From the NCBI GenBank assembly GCA_965235115.1, contig OZ249445.1:2046001-2110000 (forward strand): a stretch of DNA of 64,000 nucleotides, written 5' to 3'. The notes beneath the pieces are model-generated. The model did not search any database and was not told the DNA's origin. It was given only the letters and a program-made list of their open reading frames with translations. How positions within the stretch are numbered: the stretch's first letter is position 1; each line of letters begins with the position of its first letter. Source of the stretch: Laetmonice hystrix. Taxonomy: Eukaryota. This document shows positions 54,372 through 64,000 of this stretch, piece after piece. Both the position numbers and the translations under genes were made by a program.

Positions 54372-55794
54372 CACCACTGGCAACGTCTCATAGAGGTGGG
54401 CGTGCTGGTGCAGATAGAGAAGGCACCGCCACTAACTATACCATCATGTACCAGTATTGTCAAGCTAAAATGTATAAACAATAGAGGGTATTTATATAGT
54501 AGACGAGCCACATGTTTGCAGTCCCTTGGACTGAATCCAAAGTGAGACTGAGAACCATGGTTGCTAGGCTCAGATCGTGAGACCCGGGTCTCCTTATTGT
54601 GTTTACTCGCCGCCAGAGGGAGGGTCGGCCAAGTATAGCATCAAAGGCTAAAAGACTTGTAGGTGGTATACAGGCAACACCTATAACATAATTAATGTTA
54701 TTAAAGACTAATTGGGGGACGTTTCTGATGCAGCAGTCATTGGCAGTGTTACGAAAAGGGCTGCTGTTCAAACAACTGAGCTAGAGGTTGTCATAGATGA
54801 GTTGAGCTTAAAGGTATGCTAAGGAAGTAAATTAGTTCAAAAACCGTCTGCTCACTCATTCTGGGGAAATTTACCTGTGTTCCGCGCCCAGACCCGGATC
54901 TTGAGCAGCTGTAGGCTAACAAGTTTCCCACAACTTGCCAGTGAGATTGCCACGGGCCAGTGCTGGGCCAGTGCTGGGTCAGCTGGGCGGCCCTGAGGAC
55001 CCCCAACCATAGAGCTAAACAGGAAGCTGAGGGCAGACTGGGCCCAGCGGGGCGAGTTCATGTGGCGGTCGTGGTTGTTGACTGGTCATGATATGGGCGG
55101 AATCCAGCAGTAAGGTTCCTTCCAGCTGGAGAGAGTTTCAGAGATATGAGAAAAGGGAGCCAAGGAGTTTCCAGATATGTCTCTTCTACCTCTGTATGGA
55201 GGCCTGAAGAACAAGAGGACATAGAACTAGTGTCGTGCCAAGACAGATCTTGGAGAACCAAGAAGTGTAGGAAAACTGAAATCAACCAGCGTTAGGGTCT
55301 GTGATTGTGCACACCCCCTGAAACACCCACAGAAAGGGCACATTCACACAATTGTGGTCAAACATTTTCAGAAAATCCAATTTATATTGTCCCAATTTAA
55401 AATTTTACAATCTGGCATTAAAATTAGAATGCCGAAAGGAGCGCGTTCGTGAATTGACAGCAATGGAAATGGCATCCGGACGTCGGGGCTGTCTTTGGTT
55501 TAACCAGAGGCAGGATGTTTGGTTTTAACCTCCACCCAGCTTTTGACAAATGGATGAAATTATACTCGGCTCTCTTTAATTAGATTCTATTTTATTCATA
55601 GAATTTATAATTTTCATTGCTCATGGGCATTAAAATAATGTCCTGAATTTTTATAATTAAATCGAAGTAAGTTATGGTAAAGTTGCATATTTCAAGTGAT
55701 TGTAGACCAGGGAGTGGTGTCCATAAAACGTGGGGGGTAAGGTATAGAGACAGGAGAGATAGGTTAGTGATTATGTGGCCACTATACCAGTTAA

Positions 55795-56173
55795 GGACAA
55801 GTGCTAGTGTGAGGCCAAAAAATTTTTTGAGACAGATTTTTTTTAAATTTTGCAGATAAACAGAGTATGTTGTCCTCTTTCAAAATTCAGCAAAAAAATG
55901 ATACCTCACCGGGTTAGTTTTTTTGTTAAGAGCGTTTGAAATTGATATGTTCGTCATGTTAATTACTAATTACTGTTTAGAATTTTTTTTTTTTTTTTTA
56001 CACCATTTTTATTTGTCATAACGGTCTTCAAGTTATAGAAGTGGTAAAAAAAAAAAAAAAAGTTTAATTTTGAACATTTTCACTTTTTGCTCATTTACAC
56101 CAGTAAGTTCAAAGTCAAAATTTTTTTTTTTTCTGTCTCAAAAATTTTTTTGGCCTCACACTAGCACTTGTCC
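55795..56173. mobile_element. Non-autonomous TTAA-specific element (Kolobok-like) in a HIPK intron
   Basis: About 42-bp near-perfect TIR GGACAAGTGCTAGTGTGAGGCCAAAAAATTTTTTGAGACAGA, with TTAA on both sides (55791-55794, 56174-56177). RR termini with TTAA fit Kolobok better than piggyBac (CCC ends). Confidence 0.85.
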
Positions 56174-59100
56174 TTAAATGACCAGCGGCATGGTGCTGGT
56201 ATCCGGCTACAAACTACCAGTTCTACGTGTTACTGAGAATGTTGTTTTCAACACAGTGGTTGGTCCATGTATGTACATAATCTCAGCCGCGTCGTTCTAC
56301 TTCCCCACTTACCTGCCACATTCAGTAAGCTGCGTGTTTGGGGGGCGAGCGGTTGTGACACGGTTGATGGTTGGACACGAAATCAAATGTTAATAGAATT
56401 TACTGTTTTACTCGTGGTTTTTAAACAGCCGGTTTCTATTTCTCTGGTTTGAGTTCCCCTTGCAGGAATGTGTTGGGAGACAGTAGCAGACGTTCCTGTT
56501 TGGTCCCGCTCAGAATTCCCGCCTACAGAATGAAACCAGAATCACGGGTACTCTGGGCAGCATAATGTGTCGGGAGAAGTGGGATGTACCTGTCATAGAC
56601 AGCGATATTGTTTTACAGGACATTCTAGTCATTGTAATTGACAGCTAGGGGAGGTTACTATTGATCAATTGGTCATAGTTAAAGCTCAATGATCAGTAGA
56701 AAACATAGGTTTCAATTATTGTTGACAGTTCCATAATGATATATTGCTGAGGTATACGTTCTCCGTCCGAACTGTTCGGTGTCAGGCTGAGGTACCTACC
56801 CATACAAGGCATACCTCTGGACAATCATGTACTTTGATATGGCACAGTTTTGAACTGCGCAGTTTTCCAACCAGTGAGGTACGAAATTCAGCTCGTTCAC
56901 CAAGTGCTGGTATCAGCGTGACTAGCTGACGACGTGTTGTTAGACACGGACATGTCTGAGACCGTTGCTGATTCCTACTTACCAAAACAATAACATGGGC
57001 GCGCAAATAATAAAACATGTTCATGCCACTCTTCCTGACTCACAACACGTGTTTTACGTCTTAATGAGCTCAAAGTTAGAAACGGCCATACGACGACTTT
57101 ATGACGTGGATGGGCATTGGAAAATCGACAAACGTTAGGAGTAGAGTATGGTGGCTGGCCAGGTGGGCCTGGTAAGGTCGGGTCCGATCTGGTGGCGGGC
57201 TTTGAAAACATTTGAACGGGCATGTCCGATATCAACGCTCACTGTCTTTGTGTCCTGGTGGGCTTGGCTTATGATGATTTACAATGTCATGGTCCAACTG
57301 TGTGATCATGTATTCATATCACCTGCTTATGTACTTTACGTTCGGTCAAAGAGCGTTTGTTGAACATTTAACCTTTCCTTTCCGTTTGCTATCTATGTGC
57401 ATGTGTTAATTGTGTATAGTTTAAAAACTAACACATGAGCAAACTATATATTTGTCAGTACTGACTGGAAAAAAGTTTCGACCTTCTCTTTATACTATAT
57501 GTTATAGTTAGCAGTGAGTGGCCGGTCTTGATACAATGAAAAACTGCTAACCGAAATAGATGGTGAATCACATGGTGGGCACTCCCAGCAACCAGTGGTT
57601 TCTATGAGCGCGATTGGCTGTACATGTACTAGATTAGCTGGGAAACGCTGGGAGTACGACTACTAGTACATGTATGTGAGGATAGGCACGGCCTCACATG
57701 ATTGTTGACCTGGGGAGACTTGGATCCTAGTTAGGAAATGTAACAACTGTTCAGTGAACTAGGATACATTCAGTTGTAGCTGTCATAATATATTGGCTGT
57801 CCAAAATTGCATAAATGTTTTGTTAGGTGATAGTCTCAGCATATGCTACGTATTCAGTCTGTCTGAACTTTGACTTGTTGGGGGCAAACAAAACTGTAAA
57901 CTCCAACAAATTCTAAACCGTCATTCAATCCAAAGAATCGTATCATTGGTGATCCTATAACATATATCCATGACCGCTGGACTGCCATTGATTGACCAGC
58001 TGTTCAGTGTCCAGAAGCTCAAGACTAATGTACTGAGGGGGGCGTGGCCAGTAGGCTGGACTGATCTGGATATATAAGGTGTGAATCGGATTAGTAGAAA
58101 TCCAGGCGACTCTCGCCTCGACAACAGGTAGGGCGGCGGACGGCGCGCCCATTGCCGGGTAGGCTGGTTGTTAGCCTCTAGAGGTGACTACAGATTGATC
58201 CTTCAGGCTTAGAGCCTCCTCCCCGCCCACTATCTGATATCTAAATGATATCGACGGCTGAGACATATCAACTCGGTCAAGACTTCATCAGTGAGGGATT
58301 GTGAATCTATGTGGATCTCAAAACCTGTTCACTGAACACCACAGGTGGCACAGAAAGTTATACAATGCCTCCCTGGAGTTTTAGAAAATGTTTGTAATCC
58401 CCTACACCTTCTCAAATCAGTAAATATGGATTCTTAATTATGAATTTATTTATGGTTATAACCTGCTGCCTGGTCATCTTTATAATAGGCGCTCTTCCTT
58501 CTAGATGACAACGAAAACAGATATAGTTTTCCCGAGAGAGATGAATAAGCAAACTGCGTTTGTTAGTCACATATAATGTTGTCAGTCTGCCCCAGTCAAA
58601 GGGTTGTAAATAAAGTATCAAGGCGAACAGCCATTCTCTCGGCTCTCTTTTCACATTTGGCATTTCAGTATTGATATTACGTAAAGGTTGTGTTGTCGCC
58701 GAAGTTTTGAAGTTTGTCCAGACACAATACTTAACAAGGCTGGGTGTGTCCTGTTGGACTCTAGGTCTGACACTCTTAACTGTCCAAACGTCAGACTTTG
58801 CATGACGTTGCAAGTTTTATGAACAGAAATGTCAGGGGCTAGACAGAATGCCCTTAAGACTTGTTGTGATCCCAATGTTTGTGAGAGTACCGGTATTCTG
58901 TTTTTCTTTGTTTCTTCCTATATGTATTTCTACCAATAAAAGGTGGCTTGAATTTTTAAAAAAGATTGTTGGACCAGATATAATTTATTGTGAAGTAAAG
59001 TATATCGTGTGGTAAATGCTTTTTGTAAAGAATCATGATATAGCATAGTACCTTTTTCAAGAGGTTATGTAACTGTGACGGAATAAGGTGCGGTAAGTGA

Positions 59101-59416
59101 AAGATTTTGTGGTAAGCGAGTCATAGTTTGAGGTGAAGGGTTAGATGTTGGTCATGCTTGACTGCCAGTCTACCTGCTGGTATTGTTACGGCCTGCCGGG
59201 ACCAGCTGTCGCTTGTGTCGCACCTGTCCTGACAACCCACTTCCCTTGATCTACACCTTGGTGTCATCTTGATCAGGAAGGTTTAACATCATGGAGTGGA
59301 TGCCTGGAGGAGTGGCAGCACTCCATGGCAATATACGTAGTGCTCATCGGGTGCGGCAGGTTAAATTTGAAACCAACCACATCCCACCATTTCTCTTCTT
59401 AGTGCCATTCATAGTT

Positions 59417-59678
59417 ACAGGAGCACTTACACACCTCAGGAGTGCCCTCAGGAGCGCGGATATAGTTATATTGTACATGATAAATAGGGAAGAATTACTA
59501 GTTAGTTATATTTACAGGAGCACTTACACACCTAGCAGTGACCTCAGGAGCGCGGATATAGTTATATTGTAAATGGTAAATAGGAAAGAATTACTAGTTA
59601 GTTATATTTACAGAAGCACTTACACACCTAGCAGTGACCTCAGGAGCGCGGATATAGTTATATTGTAAATGATAAATA
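59417..59678. repeat. 96-97-bp tandem repeat, about 2.7 copies
   Basis: Units start at 59417, 59514, 59610 (ACAG(G/A)AGCACTTACACACCT...CAGGAGCGCGGATATAGTTATATTGTA). Confidence 0.93.
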
Positions 59679-62496
59679 CGAATACATTTGTACTAGTTAG
59701 TGAATCCTTGTTATGACCACAGGATAGGGAGACGTCAATGAGTGGCCTGTTTAACTTGTTTACTGACGTAAGTTTTCTGACACCACCTGCTGTGTGGTAT
59801 TTACAGGAGTGAGGGCAGACCAGGATGGCCTGATGTGTGCCTCTAGTTGTTTTTTAGACCTCCAGTGACATACTTAAGTTGTTGATATGATCTGTCAGTA
59901 ATCTGATGTTCCGGCTTGTACAGCTAACATTACTCGGGTCAACTACACGATCTGAAACCAGTCATATTAATATGATTATTGAAAACGTCAGTGTTATAAC
60001 ATCATGACTTAACGGTTACACAGCACCCGGCGCTGGTGATGTAGGACAGCTTGATATAAAGCAGGCTGTTTTAATGTAGAGTTAGCATGTTAATCATTGT
60101 GTAAACTAATTAGCAGCGCTTCCTGCTTCCACACGGCTGATTATCTGGTACTGCCAATGCCACCTGGTGGCTGTTACTGACATACAAGTTGAAGGTCTCT
60201 CGGAAAGATGTTGATTTTTGAGAACACTTAAATTCACTAAGTATATTAGTCGGACACTCGGAATTTTAGAACTAAGAAGAAAGTCAATACGGACAACGTC
60301 CTGTAACATTATCTGGTTTCATCATGTGAACGGGTATGAAAGGACATCAGAAGAATATCTCAGGATCATGCACTTTGTGTTTTTGGGTGTGCTTTTTTCG
60401 GTTAATGGGTTCAAGGTGATTGTGGGGAGGTTTTCTCCTGTTGATAACATGATATGTGAGAACAATGGCTATATTTACAAGGGATCAAGTAGTTCTAACT
60501 CTTGGACGGCCAAGGACCCCCCCACCCTGTTCCTCCAGCTGTAGCCAGGCCTCGTGACGATGAGTAGATAAGACCGGGATGGTGTGACTCTATGCCCGGC
60601 CCATGGTGACGTGGAGTACCGCCTCATGGCAGTCTGACAGTCCAAGGCCGAGGCGTGACTTGGATCTGTCATGACTTTATCCGCGACACTTGACCAGAAG
60701 TGTACCAATTGAAGGGGACACCATTAAATGGTTTGAGAGTAGAGAGGGATTGGGTGGGCTGGGTTGTGTTTAAAGGGCTGGCCAGGGGACGGGCGCATGA
60801 AATGTTGAAGTAATGTGGTACTACTCCCGATCTTTTGTCTGTCTTTGTGTGTCGGTGGGTAGAGGTCTACAGGTGGCAGCACTGCATGGTCTGCGCCATG
60901 GACTACGGTAGGTGCTGAGAGTGCCACAAGTTCAGGGTATATTGGTTTGGAAGGACAGACCAAACGGATGGAGTATTGCGGGGTTTAATGCCCAGGTAAA
61001 ATCCCCAGGTCTGTTTATCTGTAGGAACGAACGCCAGTGGAAATATACATATAGGGACCCAGATTCTGCAGACCCCACCGGGAGGCTTGCAGGGGGCGCA
61101 GAGAGGGTGAAGAAAAGGGGTCAGGGGTCACAGGGGTGAGGAATAAACATCAGGCTGGCTATTTTGGACAGGGGAGGTCTGGTTGTGGCGAGGCGGGTAC
61201 GAGGTGGGGTGCTATATGGTACTGTGTTGGTTGATATAGCAGGTAGCCGGCCAGGATACCGGCTCACGTCTGACTGGTGGCACCCGGCCGGGCAGTGCCG
61301 GGTTTCATCATCTTCGGCCCACCGCCCAATGTTTACAAGTGCACGCTGGCCCTGGGGGTGACTTGGGGTCCAGTGGTGGGGGTGGAGAACCCCCCCCCCC
61401 CACACACACACACACCCGACTCCAAAACCTTGGGGTCCCCACATTGACTCACAAAGACCGACCCTGGGGAAACCTAGGGTTAGATATGTGTGTACGAATG
61501 GAGCTTGTACCACAGCCCTGGCAGAGACCACTGGGTGCTAAGTAACTCGAGCATTGGTCAGAACGCCCTTCAATATCTCAGGTGGTGGGATGGCCACTCC
61601 ATAGGGAAACACATACAACAGCTGTGTAGGCTGTAGCCGACATACTAACTGTACTTCAAACACAAGAATACCATTGATTCTACATGGCTACCTGTAAAAC
61701 CTGTTCCTGGCGTGTAGTTATGGTAGAACCAGCTGGTTAGATACTAGTTAGATTAGCTCAGAATCCGACCCAATCGTTAACTGAAGCCAAACCAGAGTTT
61801 GAGGTCTCTCAGACCACGGAGTATGGGATTATGTGTCTAGGTGTGTGCATTGAGAGTTCCCACAGTAGAAGTGGCAGCCTCCGTCCGTACACTGTGAGCC
61901 AGTGGCACGTGTCGAGGCGACACGGTACAGCCTGTGACAGGAATAGTTAGCGAGATCTCCTCAAGCTCGGTTAACTTTGAGTGGTCTCAAAAACACTCTT
62001 GATTTATTACAGTGAAGAACGATCCCTCACTTCAAACATGTTCGCCCGAGTATACATGTACATGCCATTGTGTATTCGTACTCTTTGTTGGTATTTTTTT
62101 TCGTTAATTTAATTATTTGTGGCGGTAGTTTTGTGGCCTGTCATACTCGTAGATGAATACCTTGCGGTCATGTCATGAAGGATAGCACTGTTGTTAGATA
62201 GTTACTGGTGGTAATTTACTACCATTGTTATTTATTATCAGTTGACGGGCCTGTAGCGTTACTAGACTATCTAACGAGTGCGTCCATATTTAATTAATGA
62301 CTATTGTTCAACACAGAGTGGCCTCTAGTACCATTGGCCAAACGCTTTGAACAGACACAGGTGGCATGTGAAGCGATACTGCAACAGTGTGTTTATTAAT
62401 GTTTGATTATCTAAGTAATCTGAAAAAAATCCAATGTACATGTACTTCTAGTCTAAGATTTGAATAGTGTGATGGTTTCTGGGAATTTTCATTAAT

Positions 62497-62742
62497 AGAG
62501 TTCTGCTAACTGACACAGAGTTCTGCTAACTGACACAAGAGTTCTGCTAACTGACACAGAGTTCTGCTAACTGACACAAGAGTTCTGCTAACTGACACAG
62601 AGTTCTGCTAACTGACACAGAGTTCTGCTAACTGACACAGAGTTCTGCTAACTGACACAGAGGTCTGCTAACTGACACATAGTTCTGCTAACTGACACAG
62701 AGTTCTGCTAACTGACACAGAGGTCTGCTAACTGACACAGAG
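62497..62742. repeat. 20-bp minisatellite, about 12 copies
   Basis: Unit AGAGTTCTGCTAACTGACAC, with occasional 21-bp variants. Confidence 0.96.
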
Positions 62743-63453
62743 TGACTAGTACCGATATGTTGTACCAGTTGACGCTCTAACTCCGGGTCACACCATATTT
62801 TACCTACTTGGCTGTTAGCATGTAAGACCTTCACTGCGTGTATAAATAATATGAAGGTCACATTCTTGGTTGTATAGTTTTATAGTTGAATTATCTTGAC
62901 CTGTCGGTATCGGTTTCTAGTGTTGGTTTTCATGAAGTCACGACACAGAGACCGATCGTATGTGGTTGTTGGTTGTGTAGGTCCTCACTCAGTTACATGT
63001 ATTACAGCACGAACACCTGGTGCTGACGTTATGACACACCACCCAAGGCAGGGTCTCACCTGTGCTAACTGACCCTGACCTATATATTGTCCCCTCCCCT
63101 TCCCACCACCAATCTTTTTCAAACTTTTAGCCTGCCTGGTAATTTTTATGCAAACCTTTGTTCTTCTGCCATCCCGCTCTGCAGCACCGACTCGTGTACA
63201 AGTTTGGGCAGTCAGAGATCGACCAAGCAGTTAGTAATAGAAGGAGAACTTGAAGAATGTTTCTTTCCAAGGTACAGGATAACTTCCCAGGAGAACTATC
63301 TCCTGGCTGGAATTTGGCACAAACAGCCATCGCCGTAGTACGCCACTAAACAGCGGGACCCTCTCCAACCCTGCCCGACACCAACCGGTGCGATCCCAAC
63401 CGGCAAACCGTCCAGGCAGTTGGTACTGGAGGGTGGTCAGCCGGAGGCTTTGG

Positions 63454-63568
63454 GCAGGCCCTTCCTGGCCCGGCGGTGGGGTGGGGCGGGGGGCAGGCCC
63501 TCCCTGGCCCGGCGGTGGGGTGGGGCGGGGGGTATACCCTCTCTGGCCCGGACGGTGGTGGGGCGGGC
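63454..63568. repeat. 39-bp G-rich tandem repeat, about 3 copies
   Basis: GCAGGCCCTTCCTGGCCCGGCGGTGGGGTGGGGCGGGGG; units start at 63454, 63493, 63532. Confidence 0.9.
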
Positions 63569-64000
63569 GTGAACTGTTCTTGAACTCCACGGTGGGGCAA
63601 GGGATGTTTTCTCTGCTGTAGGAGGGGCGGGTTCCTCCTGCGTAAACTGGAGGTAGAGCGTGGGTCAGCTGCCCCCTGAGCTGGAAGTAGACGTTTCTTC
63701 AGGGCTGGAGGATAAGCAGCGGTTACCTCTGGGCTGAGGGTAGAGACTGTGATGGGAGGGGGGGGGGGGTGCTCCCTGAGTTGGAGGATGGGGGTGGTTG
63801 CCCACAATGAGCTAGGGTACTGGTAGGGATATCCTACTGGAGGATAGGAGCGGTTTTACCCTGAGAGGTCGTCAGCCCTGGAGGAATGCATGCCAGCAGC
63901 TACAGATCACGATTATTTGTTTGTGACAGAATTCCGGGCATTGCTCGAAAGCACAGTGTAAGTGACTTACACAACCGAGGGGTGCACTGCCCACACAAGT

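Noticed and set aside
63231-63807. Pro-rich ORFs of 119 and 153 aa
   Set aside because: Explained by the GC-rich 39-bp repeat; no domain motifs or convincing splice context.

Overview
AT-rich, intron-rich animal genomic DNA (invertebrate, probably lophotrochozoan/mollusc; inference only). Three recognisable genes. (1) The first four coding exons of cathepsin D on the minus strand (ATG 3226, continuing off the left edge). (2) A complete SETDB1/eggless H3K9 methyltransferase on the plus strand: 33 coding exons traced by hand, 6313-22311, 1496 aa, phases consistent throughout. (3) The large kinase-encoding exon of a HIPK gene (49131-50352), with later exons not found in the window. Most notable: an intact THAP zinc-finger exon (4702-4960) lies 1.3 kb upstream of SETDB1 and ends in a phase-1 GTTAGT donor. 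This joins in frame to the phase-1 acceptor of the first SETDB1 exon (6281), predicting a 1593-aa THAP-SETDB1 fusion, i.e. an H3K9 methyltransferase with its own DNA-binding domain. The rest is many non-autonomous TIR elements, minisatellites, a (CTG)23 tract, poly-G/C runs and some weakly supported orphan exons at 24.7-29.7 kb. No rRNA, tRNA or CRISPR array was recognised.
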